From Cladosporium halotolerans (lineage: Eukaryota): a stretch of DNA of 64,000 bases. A model generated the notes under the pieces. The model ran no database searches. It had not been told where the DNA came from and saw only the letters and a program-made list of their open reading frames with translations. How positions within the stretch are numbered: position 1 is the stretch's first letter; every line of letters begins with the position of its first letter. This document shows positions 23,801-33,874 of the stretch, piece after piece. Where the stretch lies: NCBI RefSeq assembly GCF_011745625.1, contig NW_027191465.1, positions 62,001 to 126,000 on the forward strand. The letters are read 5' to 3'. The translations under genes and the position numbers were made by a program.

Positions 23801-25249
23801 GAGAGCATCGGCATCGAATACATCTTCTGCGTCTTGTTCGTTCATGAACATCTCATCGTCTTCCTCCTCAGCATCACTCATGTTCTCGTCGAGCTCATTG
23901 TCGGGAATGTTACTCTGGACTGCAGGAGTATCCATGGCCGACCGTCGTTCGTCGGCCATATGATCCTCTTCGTGGCCTGCTTGATCCACGAAGAGATCGC
24001 TGCGCGCAGGGTCTAGAAGGAACTCACTGGCATTGGTAGCCGAATCGTCTTCTACCACAACTTCGGGTGCATTTTGCAGTTCAGAAGCAGCAGGTAATCC
24101 TCTTTGCTCGACCGTAACCAGCGTGCTTGTGGCCTCTTGCGGTCTGTTTTCCGCTGATCTTACGCCGGCTATCTCTGACGGCTCGCCAACGATGTTTCTG
24201 GCAGTCAGAGGCGATATCTGAGGTGTCGTTGAAGGAAGCGCCGAGGACGCCACGGGTAACAACCGCGGTGTCAATGGATTCACCGATTCTTCCGCAGCGG
24301 GTGTATGCCTACTAGGTTGGGCTGCGGGCGATGCTGTTGAAAATTGCAATTGCGGTACAGAGCCTGTGCTTTCTTTTTCTGCAAATCGCAATGGCTCAGG
24401 CGCAGGCGCCGATTCTGAAGAATGTAAAGCGGTACTCGTGTCCTTGATCGGTCTTTCGACCGAAGAAATTGGCGCTGGCTCATTGCCATCACTGCCTGCT
24501 TGCAGGGCCTCACGAGCTACTTCCAAATTATCGCCAGTGTCCGGATCAGCCGTAGGGACCTCTGGACTAGGTGTCCGGTCCACGACCTTCCAATCTTTGA
24601 CATCACCGATCGATATTCTCGCCTTCTTCCTAGGTCCATTTTGATCATCCAGCTCTTCCTCAAAAAGCCTGCTCAGTCCATCGAGGTATGAAAACTCGGC
24701 CATCCGTTTCACAAAAGCTGGCGAGGAGTAAATTGCAGCGCTGGCAGGCGGACTTCCCACGCTTGACCTGAAGCCCGTTCCAGAGGGTCTTTTCTTTGCA
24801 GCGGGTGTTGTAGGCACTTTTCTTGTCTCCTCTTCGACATCGTCCATAGCATCTTCCGAAACATTGATTTCCGCATCGGCGACGCCATCCTTTTGCACCT
24901 TCAGTTGTAGGCCTCTCCCAAATTGAAGTTCTCCCACGCTCTTTCCAGGAACACGGACCGCGATTCCTCCTTCGTCTCTGACCCAATCGCCACCTTTGAG
25001 CCCCAGAATCACCTGGTCACCAATTCCCAGTCTCTGTCCCGCGACAGCACGCGCCGAAGGGCCAGAGAATTTGACGCGAACTTGGCCACCTTTGGCGCGT
25101 AATCGGAAGTCCAGCTCCGAGAGCAGAAGTGCACATTGTCGTGTAGAGGAAGAGTAAGGCCAGACGAGTGTGACCACAGCGTGAATTGTTCGATCAGCAG
25201 GCGGATTTGTTGTTGTGTCGAGGTCCTGAATCGGAATTGTTGTCGACAT
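20831..25249 (-). CDS. 1472-aa protein with an N-terminal OB-like fold, a long acidic disordered linker and a C-terminal POT1/Cdc13-type ssDNA-binding OB fold
   Basis: Intronless ORF. N-terminal IHAVVTLVWPYSS...QVRVKFSG...IGDQVILGL. C-terminal DVLAVV...GPRDYFTSFRVADPS...VRVEVFRPWKAVLP...GDVVLLRAFAVK resembles the POT1 OB1 pattern. Confidence 0.75.
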   Translation of the reverse strand: MSTTIPIQDLDTTTNPPADRTIHAVVTLVWPYSSSTRQCALLLSELDFRLRAKGGQVRVKFSGPSARAVAGQRLGIGDQVILGLKGGDWVRDEGGIAVRVPGKSVGELQFGRGLQLKVQKDGVADAEINVSEDAMDDVEEETRKVPTTPAAKKRPSGTGFRSSVGSPPASAAIYSSPAFVKRMAEFSYLDGLSRLFEEELDDQNGPRKKARISIGDVKDWKVVDRTPSPEVPTADPDTGDNLEVAREALQAGSDGNEPAPISSVERPIKDTSTALHSSESAPAPEPLRFAEKESTGSVPQLQFSTASPAAQPSRHTPAAEESVNPLTPRLLPVASSALPSTTPQISPLTARNIVGEPSEIAGVRSAENRPQEATSTLVTVEQRGLPAASELQNAPEVVVEDDSATNASEFLLDPARSDLFVDQAGHEEDHMADERRSAMDTPAVQSNIPDNELDENMSDAEEEDDEMFMNEQDAEDVFDADALEGEEPSDDDTNENLEMHTMADERQEFVQSSVEDSDIESELEEAQAAQEQLDDETDQPGQAIAEEEASQPPVFKPASTLLQEAQTPIKQPVGKDVNEGVSVATPTTKPSQDSRSEQLTTVATPAAKSPDTPKRTPQSAHDRVMKRTLQSLFGLKGTPSPEKEDLAATKAPVEAKAEQQAIFTTQDVAEDPRSMHDEPQIEDAEKTQEGTDETPEASSQKAQEEPVEVIELASSSDEEDDAPLPADEMAESNHNVVSEPTPSTPMPQQRKAPEISAPVHETLQELVEDITTEAASIAQQPAEPEDVQPVARPRSEEAEMKDNHERHQIISPEGDAAVGTPEIAMVEAEGVASVPEPSGTEAPLAEFMEVEETRPAEAEISDLETSKQEQMTEQEVQLDEPELFQPPLPAKASSSLPAEDTPEQPAAAHGATTEISEAQQREVISSPTSFHSQLKAEASFDQTQRQQGLETSSRPASRDTMEGFSPVALGSLSREVLGTNGNNVAEGQAPDSISTHEVGQPSNDAHPHGRLASEADNLIPDETRETPSRTVNQTEVIELESSPSEMLSLVNTKQSEHMQELTPQQSSFEDKQESFVYREEVVQREEQTPTEVPEEQLHTVQTSEQGTAVDVQRTSHLDLPPTPSLSQPVKAETLLPEANEAQAPVRHLPLTPQGSSKPQLSSQLPSQAGLNGRPTMDTEMPEQQENQEAQSTQPAQQPQPKTPARRSLRTRLSNVPDVISAWFSPKRSSIAAAQEASKEQDHSPDKPITRAPEPEPEPEPTETTNPPPPAEGLSTPHAYFTPLSALPQHLNPSTPQTLDVLAVVTTAPKPPERAKAGPRDYFTSFRVADPSLPLQQPASSVRVEVFRPWKAVLPAAEAGDVVLLRAFAVKSRKRRAFLLSCDASAWCVWRFGEVGGAVEEEEEKIRRRSSVSGAEVREEVKGPPVEFGEAERERAGVLRGWWVGLRGKEDGGEAEGEEERGRDVEEDEEEEV

Positions 25250-25576
25250 CGTTGGCGAGATTTATTTTGACATTACTGTGATCGACATGGAGCTCCAGAA
25301 AAGGAGGAGATTCACCACCGTCAATAGTTTCACTGAGAGACTTCGCTCACACCTCAAACCAGAAGGGAAGAAAGAAAGTCACGAGCGCATGTCGATACCA
25401 CAGCTCGCAGGGCAAGTGCAGCCCAAGCTTTCCTTTCGCATAGTAATCGCAATCGCCGACATCAGCAGCTCTTATCTCCGCTTCACGGCCCGTGCTGAAT
25501 CGGCCGCACATCAAAACTTCACGCGCCTCGTCTCTGATCTTGTTTTCCTTTTTTCCATACCGCATCCTTCTAGACA

Positions 25577-25736
25577 GTGCCTGCTTCCGCAAAATTTCTC
25601 CCGTTGCTTTGAAAGGCGATTCTGTGATGCGCAGACCGAACCCATGAAGGCACCATAAGAGCTGGCTGCGCATTTATGACCCCGTTTTGGGGTCTCTTGT
25701 CCGTTGCGAAATCAGCGTCAGAGGGGCCATACATTC
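25577..25736 (+). ncRNA. Candidate box H/ACA snoRNA
   Basis: Hairpin closed by GTGCCT (25577-82)/AGGCAC (25648-53), H box ATAAGA (25655-60), second hairpin closed by TGGCT (25663-67)/GGCCA (25725-29), ACA at 25731-33 followed by TTC. G-U pairs favour the + strand, and there is no credible ORF. Confidence 0.5.
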
Positions 25737-26091
25737 CATTACCTTTGCTATTTCTTCTCTCGATGTGTGAGAGAGGGAAAGGGGGTGTTTGGAAGCGTAG
25801 TATGAATGTAGATGACTTGGGAGTTTCTGTTCTGTATGCATGTCGTCCTGCTCTGATCCAACCTGTTTCCCTTCCATCTTTGATCGAAGACATGCTAGCG
25901 CTATTGTAGGTCTTTATGTACCCACAGCAGCGCGTACAGCGTAGCTACGTTGCAACCTCCTCGTGGCTGTAGGCATTCGAGCTCTGCACCACGGGTCTCG
26001 CTCTCCTCGGCTCGAGCAATCGCCAACCTCACCTCCCCAAACGCCATCATCTTGCTCGCGCAATGCCAGAAGAACCCCGTCCCTCAATTCA

Positions 26092-26538
26092 TCACAACAG
26101 CCCAGCAGCCCCAACCTCTTTCCAAGCCTGCTCCGCCATCTCTGCCTCCCTCGCCATCCCCCAAATCTCATCCGCCCACCTAGCCCACTGCACCCCTTCC
26201 GCCGCCCTCCCAACTCTCCTTAACATATCGCTCACTTCCGCGCATCCCGCTCCAGCAGCCGCGAGCCGCTCGCTCTGCTTCTTCTCCCTGCTCTCGACGC
26301 CGAGCGGCGCCATCTGGAGCAGTGTCGCGCGCCCGACTATGTGCAAGTCCGAGGTGAAGACCGGTTCGATGGCTAGTTTTAGGGTTGGGACGTCGATTTC
26401 GAGGAGGGAGGCAAACTCGGGCGCGAAGAAGGCGGCGATGTCGGCGTGGTCGCTGTATGTGAGATGTGTGTGGATGATGCGGTAGAGGGAGGTGGTTTCG
26501 CGCTCGAAATGGGTGGTGCGTGTGCTGGAAGAGGGCAT
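26092..26538 (-). CDS. Hypothetical protein, 148 aa
   Basis: ATG in good context (CAAAATG) and coding-like composition. No recognisable domain. Confidence 0.5.
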   Translation of the reverse strand: MPSSSTRTTHFERETTSLYRIIHTHLTYSDHADIAAFFAPEFASLLEIDVPTLKLAIEPVFTSDLHIVGRATLLQMAPLGVESREKKQSERLAAAGAGCAEVSDMLRRVGRAAEGVQWARWADEIWGMAREAEMAEQAWKEVGAAGLL

Positions 26539-27221
26539 TTTGGTCGCGTTGGTGGGAGGTGTCGGTGAGGATGGCTGGGAATGAGAGGACAGGCCTGGAA
26601 GAGGTCAGTCAGACGTTGTTGGCTGAATTTGAGGAGTTGAGAGGGTCTTCACTAAGAATGCGGTAATGAGTGAGGGCGATGTAATCGATGAAGCTTTGAG
26701 GGAAGCCAGCAAGTTTATTGATGTAGGCGCGAGGAGGAAGCTACGCGTTGAGGAAGTTTGATCTTGAAGTGACGGAGCTGAGAGACAGAGACGAGGGCGT
26801 CGCTGCAACATTGCGAGACATCATAAGGTATGTTTGCATGTAAAGAAGTCATTCACAAGACGTCACTGCTCCGCCATCTTGTATGATCCAAACTTCAAAA
26901 TTGGACTTCACTTACATTCTCACTTCTTGGATCTCGAACGAACTGAATCGCCCTATCCTCCCCTCTGGGTCTGTGCAATCAAAATTGAGGTGAGCTAATG
27001 TACTATTCCTCTGTAACATAAGCCTTGTCATAGGCACAACTTTGCGTTTCCCTTTTGCACAAGTCAAGAACACGATGCACCGATTACCAAAAGGTAGGGT
27101 AGAAGCTCGATGCTCTCAGCGCTTTTCAATATTGCCGTTGCCACAACACAGAGCCACCGTACAACCTTCGAGCTGACAATCGACATGAGGTGAACACCTT
27201 GCGCCGTAGAAGCGTGGCAAA

Positions 27222-29274
27222 TCAGTGCATCAGCCTGTACGTCGAGTTGGCCGGCTCCGAACCGCTAGCCCCAGCACCATGATCTTCGAACCACTTGATG
27301 AAGCTGTAGAACGACGCTTTCGGCGTCCTGGTCAGGTCTGTGTAGTTGACGTGCTGCAACCCAAAGCGTGTCGAGACGCCAGAGCCCCATTCAAAATCTG
27401 CAATGTCAAGTCAGCCTCCGAGTCTCGACCTGCGCCCTTAAATGAGGGATCGAAACCCACTGTCAAAGATCGCCCAGCCCCAAGCACCAGTAACATTGAC
27501 CCCATCATACGCAATCGCCGCAAGGATATTATCCAGATATCCCTGGTAATAGTCCGTCCTCCTCAAATCCCACAGAATGGTCTGCAAGCTCGTCAACTCG
27601 CTCTCAAACGGCTCCGCGAAACCAAACTCCGTGACCTGAATGTCCGGCACGGCGGGGAAGAGCTCCTTTGTAATCACGTTCAGGAAGCGGCGCACGCCCG
27701 TCGGCGTGTCGTAGAGCCAGCTCGCGCCGGGGTCGGCGGAGGGACCCGCTGGGAAGCCGTCTGGCGCGAGTTGTGTTGAGCCGGCGCACTCAGGGAAGCC
27801 GGGGTGCGAGGTGTTGCTGACGCAGGAGTCGAAGTCTTCGATGCCGAAGGCGTAGTAGGAGGTGTAGGGGTCGATGGCGAAGAAGTCGCAGGAGCCGGCG
27901 ATGAGGGCTTTTTCATCGTCGGTGAGGGTTGGGAGGATGTCGCCCAGGGTGTCTTTGAGCACTTGGGGGTAGTCGCCGTCGTTCCACTATGGATATGTCA
28001 GCGAGCTAAATTGTGCTGTGAAGTGGTTCTGAAGCTCCACTTACGACACCGTGATTGAACCAGCCAAGCACGAAATCGTAGTTTCTCTGGACTGATACAG
28101 CGTCCGCCTCAGATGTGCTGTTTGCTTCGAAGTAGTTTCCGCTGTTCTTGAACGTGATACGGCCTCTACCTTTGAACTCCTCGTGATACCACTTTGCGAC
28201 TTTGGCGTGTGCGAGAAGAGTGTAGTGACCGCAGGTGAAGCGGGCCTTAGCTCCTTGGGTGGCATTGTTGTAGAGAGGCAAGTACGTCCCGAACGGGTAG
28301 TAAGAGTACTGCCAATTGCAATACTGCGGCTCGTTGATCGTCTGGACGGAGTTAGAAGACGCGCTTGCTCAGCGATCGTTCTTTGTTACTTACAAACCAC
28401 TCTTCCACCAAATGATCGTAGCGCTGAATGATAAAAGTAGCGTAGTTGAAGAAATCGTCCACGATCTGGCGATCGCTCCAAGCTCCGTATTCGTTAAACA
28501 AAGCCAGCGGGGTGTCCCAATGGAACAACACAGGGGCAATCTTAAGCTCCTGCTGAGCGAGCTCGGCCATCACATCATCATAGTGCTGGACAGCCTCTTC
28601 GTTGATCGGGCCCTTTCCGAAAGGGAAGATGCGAGGCCATGAGATAGAGAAACTGAAAGCGGGAACGCCGAGACCTTTCAGACGAGCGATGTCTTGCTTA
28701 TAGAGAAAGTAGTGTGATCCAACGACATCTCCGGTGGTGTTGTCTGCAACCTGGTTGACGACGCGGTGACTGAGGAAGTCCCAGATCGACGGCCCTTTGC
28801 CTTCGGCGTTTGCAGCGCCCTTCGGTGGCGTTAGTAATTAATGTTGCTATTGGACAAGATTGGGTATACTTCAATTTGATATGCCGAAGAAGCGACACCC
28901 CATGCAAATCCTTCTGGCAGAGAGTACCCGCTCAGATTCGAGAAGTAGCTCGGGATGTAAGGGTGGAATCCCGCAGCCGGGTCTGAGTAGGCAGATGGTT
29001 CAGGTGTCGCTTCTACAGTTGTAGTGACAGGGCCTGTGGCAATCGGTCCAACCTGATTCCAGAGGAAAGCGAGTCGTTCATCAGAGAAATCATCGTTGGC
29101 GAGAGTGGTGCTGGCAGCCGAGTAATCGAAGGTCGTCGAAGCGTACTCCGTCGAGACACCCGTTGGGTCTGGGAACGATACTGCGCCTGAACCTGAATCC
29201 GACTGGGCAAATGCGAGGTCTGGAATGAGGAAGAGTCCTCCCAATGCCGGCGTGACGGCTTTCAAAGACCACAT
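27222..29274 (-). CDS. Secreted glycoside hydrolase family 1 (beta-glucosidase-like)
   Basis: Exons 29274-28870, 28819-28394, 28341-28045, 27986-27461 and 27397-27222. Signal peptide; [29 protein letters not shown], acid/base TINEP, nucleophile VTEFG, and DNFEW...RFG. Confidence 0.92.
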
Positions 29275-30250
29275 TTTACCTACCAAGCTTGCGATAGGTT
29301 GGGGTATCGATCCTAGCTCTAAAATTCGGGGCTACTTGGGCATTGTACCTCTACAAATACTATTTCAATAACCGAAAGACGCAGCTGCCAATGCAGCATG
29401 CGCTCATAGATGTCGTGCTTCAGCATGTCCAATCTAAACCGCTAGGCAAGCCCCATACCAATTTGGACGCCATGGCTGATAGATCAAAGCACGTCAAGGA
29501 GCGGGGAAGCTGTGCCTTCGTCACCGATTGACCGCAGTAGTCGGTTCTCTTTCGAAAATAAGATGGATCTCTAGCGGAAGAACATTCTCCGTAGAGAATA
29601 CGGCTAAATGTACAAGCCCCAAGGAAGGCGGGGTGACCTTGGCGGTGAATGGATTCGGACTCTCAGCATTGGAAGAAGATCCTTCAACGATCGCTTGAAC
29701 GAAAGCGAGCTGCGCCTCAAGCGATCGACCGAGGATTTCTATCGAATTGATGGAGACCGTTGGCAGTCAACGGATAGGTGGCTTGCTCCATTGTGGGATT
29801 GCGGCCCGAAATGCGACACTCGTCTTTGTTTGGTGAAATATCAAGACATTGCAACGCATAATTCCATTATTGCACTGGATCGTAAGCGTGATTTTGTGCT
29901 ATGGAAAATGACGTGCAGGCAATTGCGTAAAATCTTCAATCATTATTCAGATGGGTAAGACCTGCTTTCCCGAAAACGTTTTCCGCTACACGGAGCACAA
30001 ACACGCCAATTTTGCAGAGTGAACTCCTTTTGAGTGTTTCCCACGACAAGAAGTGAAGAAGTGGCGTGGAAGAAAGTGTCGCAAATTCGTTGAACCTGGT
30101 GCCGTAATTTGCAGAGCTATGCCTTCCCTGGTTGGTGCTTGTTGTCTGGCATGATGGAAGGCACATACTCGATGATCCATGTGATTCAATGACATGGTTG
30201 CCCGTTGTTGTTGCACAAGATGCCAGTGCCACGAGCAAAACACAGTCTCC

Positions 30251-30847
30251 TCAGCCACTCGCCTGACCCTCCACATACCTCTTTAACTCCTCCGCCCAGT
30301 TACGAAAACTCTGCCCCAATCCCTTCCCACTAAACCACTTAATAAGCGTCGCCAACACTCCCCCGAACGACTCCCAATGCACATACTCCGTGCGCCCGTC
30401 CCCAAGATCCGTCAACTCATTCACATGCTCCGCCCGTAACAGATACCCCAGCAACGGCACGCCACTCGAGTCAAAACACCATCTCAAAGTCGTCGTGGGC
30501 TTCTCATCCCCCTCCGAAGCGACCTTGACGGGCTCGACGAACGTGCAGAGCTCCTTGCTGCTAGTGATGGACTTCTCGCTCATCTTGACGCGAAACTCGA
30601 ACTGAGTGCCTTGCTGCATGTGCGTGGTGCTTGTTTGGCCTGCGGCGGGGCGTTTGATGCGTGCGGAGGGGATGAAGGTGTTCCATTTGCCGTAGTTTGA
30701 GAGGTCGAGGAGGGCGTCGCGGACCTTCGCGGGAGAAGCATTGATGATTGTGTGGCCGAGGACGGAGAAGGTTGGTTTGGGGACGGTGGGTGAGGGGCGA
30801 GGCGTGAGGGTAGAAGTATCGAGGAAGGTACTGTCGTGTTTGGACAT
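30251..30847 (-). CDS. SRPBCC/START (polyketide cyclase/dehydrase-like) domain protein
   Basis: Likely start MSKHD at 30847. TIINASPAKVRDALLDLSNYGKWNTFI, RTEYVHWESFGG and C-terminal helix FRNWAEELKRYVE are typical of SRPBCC. Confidence 0.75.
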   Translation of the reverse strand: MSKHDSTFLDTSTLTPRPSPTVPKPTFSVLGHTIINASPAKVRDALLDLSNYGKWNTFIPSARIKRPAAGQTSTTHMQQGTQFEFRVKMSEKSITSSKELCTFVEPVKVASEGDEKPTTTLRWCFDSSGVPLLGYLLRAEHVNELTDLGDGRTEYVHWESFGGVLATLIKWFSGKGLGQSFRNWAEELKRYVEGQASG

Positions 30848-31285
30848 GTTGGGTTGGTGGCGGCAATATGTTGGTGGGAGACTTGAGAGTTCGTCACAAC
30901 AGGACTGATTACGATACGGTGTTATATCGAGATTCACATCAAAGAGACACAAGATTTCGTGCTAATATCCTGGCAAGGAATTGGACGCAGTAAGCAGGAA
31001 ACAGTTGCATGTTGTGCTCACTTCGACCAAGGAGCTTGGGCCGTCTTCACATGCCATCGGCGCACCTTCCGTCACAAAGCGCGCTCCATTCACGTCCAGC
31101 GCTCACGCTCATCCTCCCACATTCATCACACCACCACGAAAGCAAACACAACACTCGGCAAACGCCGTCACCACTACACCGCGCACAAAATATTCCCGCA
31201 AATATCGGCACCCATATGCGAACATAACACACCCGCCATCGCCACCTCACCGCGCCGCGGCGCATCCCACACCACAACCTTAACA

Positions 31286-32557
31286 ATGGCCTCACCACCA
31301 CCTTCGGCAACCTCCCCTCCGGCACCATCCTCCCTCGCGCTCCCCCGCCAACGCCCCTCCAACCCTCTCGCCCTCCCGACCAACCCGCCTCACCCACGCC
31401 GCAAACCCTCCATCGCCAGCGCAACATCCTCCACCCACCCACTGCGCCAAACCTCTTTCCCGCCGCCCGGCGGCCGCGAGACGAGCGCGATGTACTCGCC
31501 CGAAGGCAGCGACGGGATCAGCGACTCTGAGATCGCGAGCGCGATTTCAGGCGCGCAGGGCGAGGGGAGCGGGGTCGGGAAGAAGCGGAAGAGGGGCGAG
31601 CGGAAGACTAGGGGTCGACCGCCGAAGCATGGAACGGATAGGGAGGATGCGCGGAGCGGGACGGGGACGTTGAAAGGCGCTGCGTCCGCGACGGGGAAGG
31701 GGGACGAGGCTGCGCAGCAGGAAGAGGAGGATGAGGAGGACGAGGAGGACGCGGCGGGCGGGCCGGCGTTGATGGACGAGAGTGCGGCGCTGATGGAGGA
31801 GGCGGACAGGCGGGGCAAGGAGTTCCTGCTGCATATGCCTGAGTGGCAGCTGGAGCGGCACGGGACGTGGAAGCGGGCGAAGCTGAAGACGAATAATGTG
31901 CGGACGCTGGTGAATCAGACTCTTAGCCAGAGCGTGCCGGCGAATGTTATCACGGTGGTCTCGGCTTACACGAAGATGTTTGCGGGTTTGATTGTGGAAG
32001 GGGCGAGGGATGTGCAGGCGGAGTGGGCGGCGGTGGCGGAGAAGAGGCCGGATGGGGAGGAAAATCCGGTGGTGAAGCGGTTGAGGGGAGATGTTGTGGA
32101 GGAGCCTGGGAAAGGAAATGGAGAGAAAGCAAATGGAGAGAAGGCAAATGGTGAGAAGTCGGATGCTGAGAAGGAAAAGGACAAGGCTACAGATTCTATG
32201 GAGGTCGACGGGTCTGAGAAGAAGGAAGTTGCCTCGCCAAAGGACAACGATCAGGAAAACAGCGATGCGACCCAGCCCGATCCAGAGAATGAGAGCGGCG
32301 CGACTTTGACGAATGGCCATCACGACGGAAAGCAAAAGGACGAAGATGCACCTCCCGCAGTGGCAGAGGCATCACTAGGCGTACGCCGACAGATCGAAGA
32401 AATCGACCGTGGACCTTTGCTACCAGATCATCTGCGTGAAGCATTAAGACGGTATAAGAAAGCACAATACGGCGGTACAGTGGGATTCACGGGATTGAGT
32501 TTGGAAGGCAAAGACAATGCTGCGGTGAGGAATGGAGGGAGGAAGATGTTCAGATAG
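31286..32557 (+). CDS. TAF11: TFIID subunit TAF11 (hTAFII28-like histone fold)
   Basis: Start MASPPPS at 31286. HPLRQTSFPP, histone fold QLERH..WKRAKL...VNQTLSQSVP...KMFAGLIVEGARDVQ, and GPLLPDHLREALRRY. Confidence 0.88.
   Translation: MASPPPSATSPPAPSSLALPRQRPSNPLALPTNPPHPRRKPSIASATSSTHPLRQTSFPPPGGRETSAMYSPEGSDGISDSEIASAISGAQGEGSGVGKKRKRGERKTRGRPPKHGTDREDARSGTGTLKGAASATGKGDEAAQQEEEDEEDEEDAAGGPALMDESAALMEEADRRGKEFLLHMPEWQLERHGTWKRAKLKTNNVRTLVNQTLSQSVPANVITVVSAYTKMFAGLIVEGARDVQAEWAAVAEKRPDGEENPVVKRLRGDVVEEPGKGNGEKANGEKANGEKSDAEKEKDKATDSMEVDGSEKKEVASPKDNDQENSDATQPDPENESGATLTNGHHDGKQKDEDAPPAVAEASLGVRRQIEEIDRGPLLPDHLREALRRYKKAQYGGTVGFTGLSLEGKDNAAVRNGGRKMFR
32116..32160 (+). repeat. 3 x 15-bp in-frame coding repeat (NGEKA) in the TAF11 insert
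   Basis: AAATGGAGAGAAAGC AAATGGAGAGAAGGC AAATGGTGAGAAGTC. Confidence 0.85.
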
Positions 32558-33874
32558 GTGGCCTCCCACTGAGCTGGCCACTAGAAAGCCACAATCCGTT
32601 TTGAAACCAACCGTACAATCCTTCCGTCTCGTGGCCGACTTCTCCCCCATTGGTTGCCTAGGTCGAGTCATCGAGAGTCTCAAATCAAGCTGCAGAGAAA
32701 GGAGATGCAGTGTTGAGCTTGGACTCAATGCACGACATCTGCGTGTGGCAACATATTGATACCACGATCATGTAATAGTAGACAGCACTGCAACATACGT
32801 GACACCCTCCCACATGTCCGCCTCAAAGCCACACAGGCCGTTCTTTCAGGTTTCTAGAAGCCACGCTGGCGCGCACAGGCGCGCAATATCGGCTGTTGTC
32901 AAGCGCGGTGCGTATAGCGCGCATGCGATAAGCAAGCAAACTCCCGCGCAAGAGGGCTCAGCCTGCTTTTAGCCCGAATGATCTCATGGGCGACCGGACG
33001 GGCGGCTTCACTTTTACTCTTACCCCTGCGTTAGGCCATTGGCGTGGGATGGGGATGCCGGCGGCCTGATGCAGGCTACCGATGTCACGAAAGAGGGCCC
33101 ATGCAGGGTCTGCCCAGACGGTTTCTCCAGGCGGGTGCCGGCGGGTGGATCAGTGGATCTCATGCTCTCGAGCATTGAACGCGGCGGACTGCCGTTTGTG
33201 TTTACCGTGGCTACCGTTCGTCGCGTGACGCTCATGGGAAATTTGAGAGTTGAAGAAGGCGGCCAATTCAGGTGTGGGAATGCGCAGAGGGTGTGAGACA
33301 AACGGGTCGAGGGTCGCATGTCAGATTGGGCCTCCACCAACGGGCCATGACACGCCTGCACGAGCACGCATCCGTGACCGCAGCCACAGAGCGCTCAAAC
33401 GCCATGCGCGAGTAGTAATAGAATGACGGGCTGCGGCCCAAGGCGAAAGATGTGCATGGGCTCCCACGCGGCGCGGCGTGTCCGTAAAGCGCATGCGCAT
33501 CTCGTTGCTATGGGGCAGATCTGTTTACGCGCTAGCGTTTGGCCTCACCCTCCGCTCGGCTGCCGTTCGCGCAACGCTCAGGCGCAGCCTGCTTAGGGCC
33601 GCCGGGCATTGACCTACTTGCGCCGGTACCAGTTCGCACGCCGCCGACTCTATTAAGAATACCCGATCAACCTTCACCGCTATCTTCTCTCCGGCCTCCC
33701 GTCAGCTCTCTCCATGGACCCGTGTGTGCTGCCTTTTCTGCCCGAGGAGCCATCGACTGTGTGACGGCGAGGAATATTGTTATTCTAGGCTTTCTTGGTG
33801 GACCAGACGAGGCCAAAGAGTGGAGACCGAGCATACATTTGGAAACTGCAAGAGGTCGGATAGGCCAGATCAGA

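Noticed and set aside
30959..31285. N-terminal extension of TAF11 from the GTG at 30959
   Set aside because: It spans the short divergent promoter and reads as non-coding. The ATG at 31286 has optimal ACAATGG context.
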